Positions 9,916 through 20,281 of a stretch of 64,000 bases of DNA are shown in pieces. Location: the NCBI GenBank assembly GCA_964615135.1, contig CAZTOG010000010.1, positions 35,161-99,160 on the forward strand. The letters are read 5' to 3'. The first letter of the stretch is position 1; the number at the start of each line of letters is the position of its first letter. Source of the stretch: an uncultured Balneolaceae bacterium. GTDB lineage: Bacteria > Bacteroidota > Rhodothermia > Balneolales > Balneolaceae. The notes under the pieces are model-generated. The model searched no databases. It saw only the letters and a program-made list of their open reading frames with translations, and was not told the origin of the DNA. A program made the position numbers and the translations under genes.

Positions 9916-11064
9916 ATGAAGAAGGAATTATCGTTAATACGCGAAAAACTGGATCAGATCGATAAATCGATTGTTGAGGCCTTGGTTGCACGCCAACAAG
10001 TAGTAAAGGAAGTATCGGCTCTTAAAATCGACAAATCGGTTGGCATCAGAGATTTGGAGCGTGAAGAAATATTACTGAACAAAATCAGAAATTATGCCCA
10101 AGAAGTTGGTCTGGATAAATACTATGCCGAAAATCTATTCCGGGAGATAATTACCAACTCGGTACGCTATCAAACCCATTCGTTAATCGACCATCAGAAC
10201 AACAAAAACGGGAAGGGTCGGGTATCGGTTAGTTATCAGGGAACCGATGGCGCTTTTAGCCACCTTGCGGCAACCAGGCATTTCGGCGAGCGTTACGACC
10301 ATGTGGATACTTATGGGTATAACACATTTCAACAAGCTGCGCAGGCTGTGATAGATGGCAATGTAGATTTTGCCATGCTGCCCATAGAAAACACCACCGC
10401 CGGCTCCATTAACGATACATACGATATTCTGGGAAAAACCAACCTGCATATTGTAGGGGAAGAGATTCTCAAAATAGTACACTGCCTGCTTGCCGTTGAG
10501 CCGGTTGATGTAACCCAGATACGCAGAATTATATCGCACCCGAAGGCATTGGAGCAATGCACCACATTTCTGTCCAGATTACCTCGCTGTAAAGTAGAAT
10601 CATATTTGGATACCGCAATTTCCGCCAAAAAAGTATTGGAAGATGGCGATATTGCCCAAGCTGCTATAGCCGGTGCGCACGCCGCCGATTATTACGGTTT
10701 GCACGTAATTGCGAACGATATAGCCAATCAGGAAGAGAATTTTACACGCTTTGTGGTGGTATCAAGAGAGCCGGTTAAGGTCGATTTACAGGTGCCGTGC
10801 AAAACATCCCTTATGATGGTAACATCGAACGACCCCGGTTCGTTGATTGAATGCCTGAATGTGCTGTACAAACACGGCATAAATATGAACAAATTGGAAT
10901 CCAGACCGTTGCCACACGAGCCCTGGCGTTATTCTTTTTATTTGGATATAGAAGCAAATAACAGCGATGCCAACGTAATCAAGGCTTTGAATGAACTCAA
11001 AAAAGAAGCCGTAGAATTAAAAGTACTGGGCTGTTATCCCAAAGAAGAAGTAAGGGAGAACTAA
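9916..11064 (+). CDS. pheA: Bifunctional chorismate mutase / prephenate dehydratase (P-protein)
   Basis: N-terminal CM helix (LIREKLDQIDKSIVEALVARQQV), PDT domain (VSYQGTDGAFSHLAA, ENTTAGSI) and an ACT region with the ESRP motif (NKLESRPL...WRYSFYLD). Confidence 0.9.
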   Translation: MKKELSLIREKLDQIDKSIVEALVARQQVVKEVSALKIDKSVGIRDLEREEILLNKIRNYAQEVGLDKYYAENLFREIITNSVRYQTHSLIDHQNNKNGKGRVSVSYQGTDGAFSHLAATRHFGERYDHVDTYGYNTFQQAAQAVIDGNVDFAMLPIENTTAGSINDTYDILGKTNLHIVGEEILKIVHCLLAVEPVDVTQIRRIISHPKALEQCTTFLSRLPRCKVESYLDTAISAKKVLEDGDIAQAAIAGAHAADYYGLHVIANDIANQEENFTRFVVVSREPVKVDLQVPCKTSLMMVTSNDPGSLIECLNVLYKHGINMNKLESRPLPHEPWRYSFYLDIEANNSDANVIKALNELKKEAVELKVLGCYPKEEVREN

Positions 11065-12030
11065 GTGGGTAAAATTTCCTTGGCCATCCATGGCGGTGCC
11101 GGCACCCTTGTAAAAGGCCGGATGACCGCCGAAAAAGAAAAAGAATACCGGGCAGATCTGGAAAAAGCTCTGGATGCCGGATATTTGGTTCTGGAAAAGG
11201 GTGGCAGTGCACTGGATGCGGTTGAAGAATCGGTAAAAAAACTGGAAGATTCGCCATTGTTCAATGCCGGAAAAGGAAGTGTATTTACCCACAAAGGCAC
11301 CCACGAAATGGACGCCTCCATTATGGATGGCAAAACCTTGAAAGCCGGTGCCGTTTCTTTGGTTACCGGAATTAAAAATCCCATTTCGCTGGCCAGAAGC
11401 GTAATGGAAAATAGCGAGCACGTATTTTTGGCCGGTGCCGGTGCCATGAGTTTCGCAAAAAAAATGGGATTTGAGTTTTTGGATGCGGAATATTTTTACG
11501 ATGAGCTTCGCCATAAGCAATGGCTGGAAATTAAAGATTCCGATGCTTTTCAGTTGGATCATAGCTTAGAAAACCCCGAAAATCCGGAAAAGGACCGAAA
11601 ATTCGGAACTGTAGGCGCCGTTGCGCTCGACCGACACGGCAATCTGGCCGCGGCCACTTCAACCGGTGGAATGACCAATAAAAGATGGGGTAGAATAGGC
11701 GACAGCCCCATTATTGGAGCCGGTAATTATGCAAATAACGCCACCTGCGCCGTTAGCTGTACCGGTAGCGGCGAGTTTTTCATCCGCGGTGTGGTAGCAT
11801 ACGATGTTTCCTGCCTGATGGAATACAAAGGAATGACGCTTAGCGAAGCAGCCGGCGAAGTAATTCACAATCGGGTTCTAAAACTAGGCGGCGACGGCGG
11901 ATTAATTGCAGTGGACCGAAACGGAAACGTAGCCCTTCCCTTTAATACCGAGGGGATGTATAGAGCCTACAGGCTGTCGGGAGTTACCGAAACCCATAGC
12001 GCTCTAAAACAAATCGAGATTTATAAATAA
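11065..12030 (+). CDS. iaaA: Isoaspartyl peptidase / L-asparaginase (Ntn hydrolase, IaaA-type)
   Basis: AIHGGAG near the N-terminus and the autoprocessing site GTVGAVALD with TSTGG. The GTG start directly abuts the pheA stop (TAAGTG). No ATG lies upstream of the conserved HGGAG. Confidence 0.85.
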   Translation: MGKISLAIHGGAGTLVKGRMTAEKEKEYRADLEKALDAGYLVLEKGGSALDAVEESVKKLEDSPLFNAGKGSVFTHKGTHEMDASIMDGKTLKAGAVSLVTGIKNPISLARSVMENSEHVFLAGAGAMSFAKKMGFEFLDAEYFYDELRHKQWLEIKDSDAFQLDHSLENPENPEKDRKFGTVGAVALDRHGNLAAATSTGGMTNKRWGRIGDSPIIGAGNYANNATCAVSCTGSGEFFIRGVVAYDVSCLMEYKGMTLSEAAGEVIHNRVLKLGGDGGLIAVDRNGNVALPFNTEGMYRAYRLSGVTETHSALKQIEIYK

Positions 12031-12040
12031 ATAAAGGATT

Positions 12041-12934
12041 TTAATCCTCTAAACTAAAAGAAGTTCTATTATTTTGTGGCAACGGTTTTGCCAAAGAGAT
12101 AAGCACTTCTGCCTCACCAATGGTAACCGTATCGCCCTTGCTTAAAATATGGATTTTAAGATTGGCAATAGACATGGGTGCGCCGGTCTCCACAATTTCC
12201 TGGTTATTATGCGTAATTTTGCGCGGGTCGAACAGAATCATCATACCGGAACCAATAACTTCGCAATGATTCTGGTTTTTTATGACCAATCCGGTATCCT
12301 CGCCCAAACCTATTCCTACTAATCTGGGGTGGCGTGCCATTGCTTCTGCCAACCGCCCAAATCTGTGGCGCCTGATGAAATGCGAGTCGATAATCAGATA
12401 GGGATTATAGCCCATTCCTTTGCCCATATGAACTGCCCCTTTCAGCAATATATCACGCTTTCCACCTCCGGTAATCATCTCCCTACTCATGCACATTGCG
12501 CCTGCACTGGTTCCGGCTATAACAAAATTTTCGTTGATATATTTATTCTTGATAATTTTATCGAGTTCTGTGCCGCCAATATGCTTTACAATTTTGGATT
12601 GATCTCCACCCGAGAACATAACGCAGTCGGCTTTACGCATAATTTCCAGATATTCCGGTTTTTCGGCATCGCTTCTGCTTCTGATATCAAAAATATGAAG
12701 ATTATCGCATCCCAGCTTGCCAAATGCTTCCAAATAGTTTTTACTTACTCTTATAGGAATGCTGGATGCCGTCGGTATTATTACTATAGAGGCCGAATTG
12801 CCTCCGCTTTCTTTAACCACTCGCGATAAAATACCTTCGTTTATGTACTCTAATGTGTACATTTCGGTTTCACCATTCTCATCTCCTTTGTCTTCATTTC
12901 CACCAATGGGGATGAGTGTACCTTTTATATTCAT
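12041..12934 (-). CDS. cphB: Cyanophycinase (peptidase S51), intracellular CphB type
   Basis: IPIGGNEDKG, nucleophile elbow GTSAGA and DSHF...R motifs. No signal peptide. Divergent from cphA. Confidence 0.85.
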   Translation of the reverse strand: MNIKGTLIPIGGNEDKGDENGETEMYTLEYINEGILSRVVKESGGNSASIVIIPTASSIPIRVSKNYLEAFGKLGCDNLHIFDIRSRSDAEKPEYLEIMRKADCVMFSGGDQSKIVKHIGGTELDKIIKNKYINENFVIAGTSAGAMCMSREMITGGGKRDILLKGAVHMGKGMGYNPYLIIDSHFIRRHRFGRLAEAMARHPRLVGIGLGEDTGLVIKNQNHCEVIGSGMMILFDPRKITHNNQEIVETGAPMSIANLKIHILSKGDTVTIGEAEVLISLAKPLPQNNRTSFSLED

Positions 12935-13032
12935 ATAATAAAAATTTTTATTACTATACTGTTTAGATTATAAATATAAGGTTGCTTATATAAACACTAT
13001 ACATGAATAATTCAACAAAACTTTTTTAAGCT

Positions 13033-15675
13033 ATGAAGATAAGGGAAATAAATGCAATGCGGGGACCAAATTATTGGTCGATCAGACGACACAAACTCAT
13101 AGTTATGGTTCTTGACCTTGAGGAAATGGAGGAATATCCAACCAATAAGCTGGATGGGTTTTACGAGAGGCTGGAAGCCATGTTGCCCACTTTGTATAGC
13201 CACAGATGTTCTATCGGAGAGCCGGGAGGTTTTTTTCAGCGGGTAAAAGAAGGTACCTGGATGGGACACGTGATCGAACATATTGCGCTCGAAATCCAAA
13301 CGTTGGCGGGTATGGATACCGGTTTTGGAAGAACCCGCGGTTATGGCGAAAAAGGAGTTTATCATGTAGTGTTCAGTTATTTGGAAGAGCACGTTGGGCG
13401 TTATGCCGCACGGGCAGCCGTAAAAATATGCCAGGCATTGATAGATGGCGAAGAATACGATTTGGAATACGATATCCAAAGAATGAAGGAAATTCGGGAG
13501 GCCGAAAGATTGGGGCCCAGCACCGGCTCTATTATTGAAGAAGCGGAAAGCAGGGGAATACCCTGGATAAGATTGAATAAATACTCCCTTTGCCAATTGG
13601 GATATGGCGAAAACCAGAAAAGAATACAAGCAACCGTTACCAGCGAAACGAGTAGTATAGGCGTAGAGCTGGCATGCGATAAAGAGGATACCAAACATAT
13701 ATTGGAACAGGCCGAAATACCGGTGCCCAGAGGAGATATTATTACAAGGGAACGTAGTTTGGAGTCGGCATGTGAATATGTGGGCTACCCTTTGGTGGTA
13801 AAACCCATTGATGGAAACCATGGCAGGGGCATTACCGTAAATATCAACAGTTACGAAGAGGCTTTGGAAGCATTTCATGCCGCAAAAGAAATATCCAGAA
13901 GGGTAATTATAGAAAAATATGTTACAGGAAAGGATTTCAGGCTGCTGGTAATAAACAATAAGCTGGTTGCGGCCGCACTGAGAACACCGGCACACGTTAT
14001 TGGCGATGGCAAATCTACCATTCGTGAACTGGTTGACGAAGTAAATAAAGATCCGCGCCGTGGATATGGTCACGAAAATGTATTGACGCTGATTGATATT
14101 AACAGCATGACCCAAGCCATATTGGAAGCCAAAGGCTACACCGAAGATACCGTGCTGGAAGAAGATGAAATGCTCATATTAAAAGATACAGCCAACCTGA
14201 GCACCGGCGGCACCGCCGAAGATGTTACCGATATTGTGCACCCGTCAAACGTGTCGATGGCCGAAAGAATCTCCAAAATAATAGACCTGGATATTTGCGG
14301 AATCGATATTATGACGCACGATATCAGTAAACCGCTGGACGAGACCGGTGGCGCTATTTTGGAAGTAAATGCGGGTCCCGGCTTTAGAATGCACCTGGCC
14401 CCGACCAAAGGCCTGCCGCGTAACGTAGCTGCACCTGTAGTGGATAAACTATTCCCCAAATATGACGACACCGGGCGTATTCCCATCGTGGCGGTAACCG
14501 GAACCAACGGAAAAACTACCACCACACGTTTGATTGCGCACATGGCAAAAATGAACGGGCACCGGGTGGGTTATACTACCAGCGATGGCATCTATATTCA
14601 AAACAGAATGTTAATGAAGGGCGATTGTACCGGTCCGGTCAGTGCCGAATTTGTGCTGAAAGATCCCACCGTAAACTTTGCCGTTTTAGAATGTGCCAGA
14701 GGCGGATTATTGCGAGCCGGACTTGGTTTTAAACGCTGCGAAGTAGGTATTGTTACCAACGTTTCGAGCGATCATTTGGGCTTGAAGGGAATAAATAGCG
14801 TAGAACAATTGGCCAGAGTAAAAGGAGTTATACCCGAAACTGTTTTGCCCGATGGATATGCAATTTTAAACGCCGATGACGACCTGGTTTATAGTATGCG
14901 AAGAAGCATAAACTGTAATCTGGCGCTTTTCTCCATGGATGAAAACAATCCACGAATAAAAGCATTGCAAAAACTAGGAGGTATTACCGCGATTTACGAA
15001 AATGGTTATATAACTCTATGCCGTGGCATCTGGAAAATGCGCATTATGCAGGCAGACCGAATACCACTCACATTTGGCGGTAAAGCGGAGTTTATGATTC
15101 AAAATATACTTCCCGCCGTTATTGCTGCCAACGTACGCGGCATTTCCATAGAGGATATGAAAGCTGCATTGGAAACTTTTGTGCCTTCGGCCTCACAAAC
15201 GCCGGGCAGAATGAACATGTTTAACTTCGAGAACTTCGACGTATTGCTCGATTTTGCACATAACCCATCCAGTATGCTGGCGCTTAAAAAATTCACCGAC
15301 ACCATCGATACCGAAAAGAAAGTGGGCATCATTGCCGGCGTGGGCGACAGACGCGACGAAGATACCATCGAACTGGGTAGTATAGCTGCCGAAATGTTCG
15401 ACGAAGTTATAATAAGGCAGGATAAACACTTGCGCGGAAGAACGGAGGATGAGCTAATTGGCTTGTTAAAAAGAGGAATAATGGAGAAAGATCCAAACAA
15501 GAAAATAACCGTTATTCCGTCCGAGAAAGAAGCCATAAAATTTGCCGTGAACAATGCTCAAAAAGGCTCGTTAATTGTGCTTTGCAGCGATGTTGTTCCC
15601 GATGCCCTTGAACTGGTAAAAAAACTGAAAGATCAGGAACAGAAAGGTGAAGCCACATTTGGATTAAAAGAATAG
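13033..15675 (+). CDS. cphA: Cyanophycin synthetase
   Basis: 880 aa. The N-domain start MKI.E...RGPNYWS is typical of CphA. It also has an ATP-grasp region and a Mur-ligase-like P-loop VTGTNGKTTTTRL. Confidence 0.92.
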   Translation: MKIREINAMRGPNYWSIRRHKLIVMVLDLEEMEEYPTNKLDGFYERLEAMLPTLYSHRCSIGEPGGFFQRVKEGTWMGHVIEHIALEIQTLAGMDTGFGRTRGYGEKGVYHVVFSYLEEHVGRYAARAAVKICQALIDGEEYDLEYDIQRMKEIREAERLGPSTGSIIEEAESRGIPWIRLNKYSLCQLGYGENQKRIQATVTSETSSIGVELACDKEDTKHILEQAEIPVPRGDIITRERSLESACEYVGYPLVVKPIDGNHGRGITVNINSYEEALEAFHAAKEISRRVIIEKYVTGKDFRLLVINNKLVAAALRTPAHVIGDGKSTIRELVDEVNKDPRRGYGHENVLTLIDINSMTQAILEAKGYTEDTVLEEDEMLILKDTANLSTGGTAEDVTDIVHPSNVSMAERISKIIDLDICGIDIMTHDISKPLDETGGAILEVNAGPGFRMHLAPTKGLPRNVAAPVVDKLFPKYDDTGRIPIVAVTGTNGKTTTTRLIAHMAKMNGHRVGYTTSDGIYIQNRMLMKGDCTGPVSAEFVLKDPTVNFAVLECARGGLLRAGLGFKRCEVGIVTNVSSDHLGLKGINSVEQLARVKGVIPETVLPDGYAILNADDDLVYSMRRSINCNLALFSMDENNPRIKALQKLGGITAIYENGYITLCRGIWKMRIMQADRIPLTFGGKAEFMIQNILPAVIAANVRGISIEDMKAALETFVPSASQTPGRMNMFNFENFDVLLDFAHNPSSMLALKKFTDTIDTEKKVGIIAGVGDRRDEDTIELGSIAAEMFDEVIIRQDKHLRGRTEDELIGLLKRGIMEKDPNKKITVIPSEKEAIKFAVNNAQKGSLIVLCSDVVPDALELVKKLKDQEQKGEATFGLKE

Positions 15676-15694
15676 CGAATTACAAAATTAAAAA

Positions 15695-15728
15695 AGCCCG
15701 ATAGTAAATTAAATATCGGGCTTTTTAA
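15695..15728. terminator. Bidirectional rho-independent terminator
   Basis: 9-bp stem agcccgata / tatcgggct flanked by an A-run and a T-run, between convergent cphA and a porin-like gene. Confidence 0.7.
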
Positions 15729-15761
15729 AAATAAAATGTGCAAATAATAACACATCAAAGG

Positions 15762-16832
15762 TTATAGTGAATAGGTGGCTCTGACAAATGTACTGTAAAT
15801 ATTCGATACATAGGGATATAGCGAAGACCTGATATGATATCTGGCCTCCATTGAAAATTTAGCAGTGAGTTGGACACCGTAACGCAATTCAAAATTATTG
15901 GAATTTAAACTGTACGGAGAGTTCAGATAATAGCGACCGTTACGAGAAAACTCGGCCGTTAAATTATGAATATCGGCTACATCATAAACACCAAACGAGG
16001 CCGTAGCTGCGACGCCATCTTTAAAATTAGTGGCCATGTTCTTCCCTAATTCTCCTGTTACACGGAACGACCCACCATGTAGAGCCTCTTTAAGCGGGTA
16101 ATCAAATACAAGCGAACCATTTATGGTTAAATAAGACATGTAATTGCCATTATGGAAAAATGCATCGGGCGCCCACATTATGGATATGTTTTTCTGAACA
16201 AAGTTAAACTCGTCGCGTGTATTATTGATAAAGCCAAAGTATCCCATCAAGTTATGTTCGTTTTTGCCAAAACTCAGTGGGTTTTTGTACGGAAATGTCA
16301 GATTGCCCCTGTTTTGATATTCCAATATAATATCGGAAGCCCAGCCATCATTCAGTTTTCTTTGATAATAAAGGCCATCGCTCCAACTGGAAGATACACT
16401 CGAGCTTTGAAAACGCATTATAGAATTGCCGGTAGTGGTGGGCAAAGAAAAGCTTTTCTGAAAACGACCTAACTTTAACATATTTTTTTCATCTTTATAG
16501 CGGTAATAAAACTCGTCGAACGAAAAAGTATCGGCAGCCAGTTTACCATTCGCCGTTAAACTAAAACTGGGGGTCTCCGGGTCTCTGGAAAAAATATAAA
16601 CAGCTCTCCCCGCAACGGAATGGTTAGAATTTATATCATACTTTAAACCCACCCGTCCGCGTAACCAATCTGCTTTACCACCAAAACCGTGTGAGTCTAA
16701 GCTCGAACCGGAGTATATAATTCGGAAATCGCCATATAATTCCGGGGTATTACTTTCTTGACCAAATGTTATCGTTGCAAAGCCTAAAAAAAATATCGAC
16801 AGAGTTAAAAGAAAGCGTTTATAAAAGTACAT
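15762..16832 (-). CDS. Outer-membrane beta-barrel (porin-like) protein of unknown specificity
   Basis: Signal peptide (LLTLSIFFLGFATITFGQ), alternating hydrophobic/aromatic beta-strand pattern throughout, and a C-terminal aromatic strand ...FVRATYSL. Confidence 0.5.
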   Translation of the reverse strand: MYFYKRFLLTLSIFFLGFATITFGQESNTPELYGDFRIIYSGSSLDSHGFGGKADWLRGRVGLKYDINSNHSVAGRAVYIFSRDPETPSFSLTANGKLAADTFSFDEFYYRYKDEKNMLKLGRFQKSFSLPTTTGNSIMRFQSSSVSSSWSDGLYYQRKLNDGWASDIILEYQNRGNLTFPYKNPLSFGKNEHNLMGYFGFINNTRDEFNFVQKNISIMWAPDAFFHNGNYMSYLTINGSLVFDYPLKEALHGGSFRVTGELGKNMATNFKDGVAATASFGVYDVADIHNLTAEFSRNGRYYLNSPYSLNSNNFELRYGVQLTAKFSMEARYHIRSSLYPYVSNIYSTFVRATYSL

Positions 16833-16917
16833 AACTGTTTTGGTTAATATTTAAAATTACTGTTTAAACGGCAAAAAGTTGCGGATAATAGGTAATAAAT
16901 ATGAATATTTGGTGAAT

Positions 16918-17880
16918 TTAGGCCTTTTCCAATAATGCACCGATAGCCTCTGCGCAACCCCAGGCCACGGTATAACCGGCGCCGCCATGCCCGTAATTGT
17001 GAAAGATATTGTAATTATCATCCTTGCTAAGTTTTATTCGGCTTCTGCCCGGTCGCAAACCCACAACAGAATCCAATATTTTCAGTTTTTTCAGCTCAGG
17101 AACTATGGAATAAGCTCTGTTTAATATCCGCTGCGTCCTTTTTTCATCTGCAACCGTGCTAAAATTGTTGTTAACGGACGAACCCCCGACCACAATACAA
17201 TCGCTTCTCGGTATTATATAAAGGTGTTCATCCTCAAAACTATCAATCGGGTATTCGATAGAAAGTCCTTTAATATCGGCATTTGGTTCCAGTTTTACTA
17301 TCTGCCCCTGAATAGGGTACATGTCAGGGTCGTTAAAAATCTTTGCCGCGCCCAATCCCAAACAGTTTATATAGGTTATACCGGGGTCTAAATCTTCGAT
17401 GCTTGTTATGGTTTCGTACTGCACTTTCCCGCCCAATTCCATAAATTGGTTTTGCAGATATTTAATAAATAATGGGGTTTCGATGAGTGGAAATAATGCC
17501 GTATAAGCAATAGAATCGACTCCATTATAACGGGTTTTATTTTTGGTCGGTTTTAAACCTTTGGGCAGGGATGCAAGCCAGCTTGGCGCTGTGGTTTCTT
17601 TTTCTACTATGGTAAAAGGAATGAATGAAACGCCTGTATTCCCGTCTTTTTCCAGTTCCAGATATTTGTTGTACGAGTATAAACTCCACTCGTTAACCTC
17701 TTTCATCGGGTAGGCTTTATAGGGAAACCAAATAGCCGCCGCCACTCCCGATACCGTATTTTGAGCATCTCGTTGGGTTACGATATTTACCGAATATCCT
17801 ATCTGTTGCAAAGTTACTGCCGTGGTAAGGCCAATCACTCCACCACCTAGAATATGTATATTTTCTTTAGTTGTCGCCAT
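16918..17880 (-). CDS. FAD-dependent D-amino-acid oxidase family protein
   Basis: N-terminal Rossmann ILGGGVIGLTTA and the C-terminal HNYGHGGAGYTVAWGCA motif characteristic of the DAAO/DDO family. 320 aa. Confidence 0.75.
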   Translation of the reverse strand: MATTKENIHILGGGVIGLTTAVTLQQIGYSVNIVTQRDAQNTVSGVAAAIWFPYKAYPMKEVNEWSLYSYNKYLELEKDGNTGVSFIPFTIVEKETTAPSWLASLPKGLKPTKNKTRYNGVDSIAYTALFPLIETPLFIKYLQNQFMELGGKVQYETITSIEDLDPGITYINCLGLGAAKIFNDPDMYPIQGQIVKLEPNADIKGLSIEYPIDSFEDEHLYIIPRSDCIVVGGSSVNNNFSTVADEKRTQRILNRAYSIVPELKKLKILDSVVGLRPGRSRIKLSKDDNYNIFHNYGHGGAGYTVAWGCAEAIGALLEKA

Positions 17881-17897
17881 TCAATTTCAGTTAACCA

Positions 17898-19103
17898 TTA
17901 AATATCTATTTTATTATCCTTCCACTCTAGTTGCGCGGGATTACCGACCTGGAAGTTTTTACCGTCACGAATCCATTTATCATTTTGCCAAACCCTCACA
18001 AAACCTTTGTCCAAGGGTATATTTGGATTCATTTTTTCCAGCCGGTGCAATAAATGCGTTGTTTTCTCCTTATTGTTTCTCAAATTCAGCTGTATCTGGA
18101 AGGCCAGTCTTTCCCTGATGGTAGCAATATTGATTTCGGCCGTCTTTATTTTCTGCCTTACAACCAATAAAGAATGCGATTTACCCAGATTTACCACCTT
18201 TTCCTTATAAAGTTGAATTTTGCCGACCGTATTTACCGTCATCCGCCGATACAGATCTTCAATATACATCTGTACTTCGTTTATATCGGGCGTTGCCAAA
18301 ACAGCGGCCTGAGTAGGCGTTGCAGCCCTCACATCGGCAACAAAATCTGAAATGGAAAAATCTATTTCGTGGCCAACAGCACTGATAAGCGGAATGGTAC
18401 ATTTATAAATGGCACGCGCCACAACCTCTTCGTTAAACGGCCATAAATCTTCCAGCGACCCACCTCCACGCGTTATAATAACCACATCTACATTTTGCTT
18501 TTCCGAAAAATAGTCGATTCCCCTTGCTATTTCGGGGGCCGCGTTAACGCCCTGCACACCGGCATGATGCAATATCACCTTGGCCAATGGCCATCTTTTT
18601 TCCAATGTAGATATAATATCCTGAAAGGCTGCCGTTGTGCGTGAAGTTACCACCCCAATAGTGCGTGGAGATTTTGGCAGCGGCTTTTTCTTTCCTTCAT
18701 CAAACAGACCTTCTTTTTGAAGTTTGGCTTTCAGCGCCTCAAAAGCCTGTTGTAATTTCCCGATACCGGCCTGCTGCACCAAACTCACAATTAATTGATA
18801 CCGTCCGTGGGGCGCATATACCTGCAAGTCGCCACCTACTATAATTTGTTGGCCATCGCTTAACTGAGTGGATAATTGCTGCGCTGTACCCCGCCAAATT
18901 ACGCAGGGAAGTTGTGCACCGGCATCTTTCAGAGTAAAATAAATATGCCCGTTCGCACTTTTCTTCACGTTGCTTGCCTCACCCTCTACCAAAACATCGT
19001 TAAAATTACGTTCCAAAAGCTGTTTGATATGGCCGGTAAATTCGCTTACGGTCGGTACGTTAAATTGCAAGGAAGATTGATTCGTCATATTAATTCGGGC
19101 CAA
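17898..19103 (-). CDS. xseA: Exodeoxyribonuclease VII large subunit
   Basis: N-terminal OB fold (VEGEASNVKKSANGHIYFTLKD) and the catalytic core with TRGGGSLEDLWPFNEE. Confidence 0.9.
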   Translation of the reverse strand: MARINMTNQSSLQFNVPTVSEFTGHIKQLLERNFNDVLVEGEASNVKKSANGHIYFTLKDAGAQLPCVIWRGTAQQLSTQLSDGQQIIVGGDLQVYAPHGRYQLIVSLVQQAGIGKLQQAFEALKAKLQKEGLFDEGKKKPLPKSPRTIGVVTSRTTAAFQDIISTLEKRWPLAKVILHHAGVQGVNAAPEIARGIDYFSEKQNVDVVIITRGGGSLEDLWPFNEEVVARAIYKCTIPLISAVGHEIDFSISDFVADVRAATPTQAAVLATPDINEVQMYIEDLYRRMTVNTVGKIQLYKEKVVNLGKSHSLLVVRQKIKTAEINIATIRERLAFQIQLNLRNNKEKTTHLLHRLEKMNPNIPLDKGFVRVWQNDKWIRDGKNFQVGNPAQLEWKDNKIDI

Positions 19104-19255
19104 TGCAGATGCCTAATTTACTGTTAAAATAAAATAACCTATTTAAATCGATTGAATTTAAAGATTTTAAGCGTAGTTTGCCCAACTCTTTAAGGGCATA
19201 AAAAGCCAATAAAAGTATTATCTTAATAAATAATAGATCGGTATATTTTATAGCA

Positions 19256-20239
19256 ATGCATTACAGCAAAGAGAACATAAAAATACAGAAGCATATAGTT
19301 GTGGTAGCTATACTGCTATTTATTATTAAGATAGCAGCTTGGCAGCTGACCCGCTCCGTCGCAATTTTAACCGATAGCCTGGAAAGTATAGTAAACGTAA
19401 TGAGCGGTTTTTTCGGACTCTACAGTTTACAGCTTGCTGCCGTTCCACGCGACAAAAGCCACCCGTACGGCCACGGTAAGATAGAATTTATTTCGGCGGG
19501 GATGGAAGGAACCTTAATCACACTTGCCGGATTATTTATAATTTATAAAGCCGTAGTCAGTTTTTTCGATCCGGTAGAAATAACCCGTTTGGATACCGGA
19601 CTTTATATTATAGCCATATCGGCCGTCATCAATTATGCATTTGGATTTTGGGCGGTAAATACGGGCAAAAAAAATAATTCACCGGCATTGCAGGCCAGCG
19701 GACAGCATCTAAAAACAGATACCTATACCACAATCGGGATTATACTCGGCCTTTTATTGCTAAAACTTACCGGTTTATGGTGGATTGACGGTATTACGGC
19801 CCTGGTATTCGCATTTATAATTGTATTTACCGGTTACAAAATTGTACGAGGCGCCATCGCGGGCATCATGGACGAATCGGACGAAAAATTATTGAAGGAA
19901 ATAGTGGATTACCTTCAGGAAAATCGCCAGCCAAACTGGGTGGATATCCATAATTTACGTATTGTGAAATATGGCGCGGTAATGCACATCGATTTGCACC
20001 TGACCATACCCTGGTATTTTACGATTAAGCAGGGCCACGACGAAACGGATAAATTGGAACAGCTTATTTCGGAAAAATTTGGCTCTCAGATAGAGCTGAT
20101 GATCCATACCGATTACTGCGAAGATTTTTCCTGCCAAATTTGCCGGGTTGCCGATTGCAAGTACAGAAAAGCGCCCTTTGTAAAACAAATTGAATGGACG
20201 GTAGAAAATGTTACCTCCAAAGAAAAGCACAGGCTCTGA
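19256..20239 (+). CDS. Cation diffusion facilitator family transporter
   Basis: Six predicted TM helices, SHPYGHGKIE and HLKTDTYT motifs, and a C-terminal cytoplasmic domain. Confidence 0.8.
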   Translation: MHYSKENIKIQKHIVVVAILLFIIKIAAWQLTRSVAILTDSLESIVNVMSGFFGLYSLQLAAVPRDKSHPYGHGKIEFISAGMEGTLITLAGLFIIYKAVVSFFDPVEITRLDTGLYIIAISAVINYAFGFWAVNTGKKNNSPALQASGQHLKTDTYTTIGIILGLLLLKLTGLWWIDGITALVFAFIIVFTGYKIVRGAIAGIMDESDEKLLKEIVDYLQENRQPNWVDIHNLRIVKYGAVMHIDLHLTIPWYFTIKQGHDETDKLEQLISEKFGSQIELMIHTDYCEDFSCQICRVADCKYRKAPFVKQIEWTVENVTSKEKHRL

Positions 20240-20273
20240 GCCAATTAGTTAAAATCGTGCCGGTATAAAATCG

Positions 20274-20281
20274 TATATTTG
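20274..20281 (+). promoter_or_regulatory. Candidate -7 promoter element (TAnnTTTG) for tsaB
   Basis: tatatttg lies about 96 nt upstream of the ATG at 20377. Confidence 0.3.

Noticed and set aside
13012-14115. 367-aa ORF antisense to cphA, and similar long antisense ORFs at 8734..9441, 11017..11562, 35843..36397, 40716..41348 and 51525..52130
   Set aside because: Each lies entirely within a gene with a strong family signature on the opposite strand. Each has skewed, low-complexity composition (Phe/Cys/Ile-rich or Ser/Pro-rich). They are shadow ORFs.
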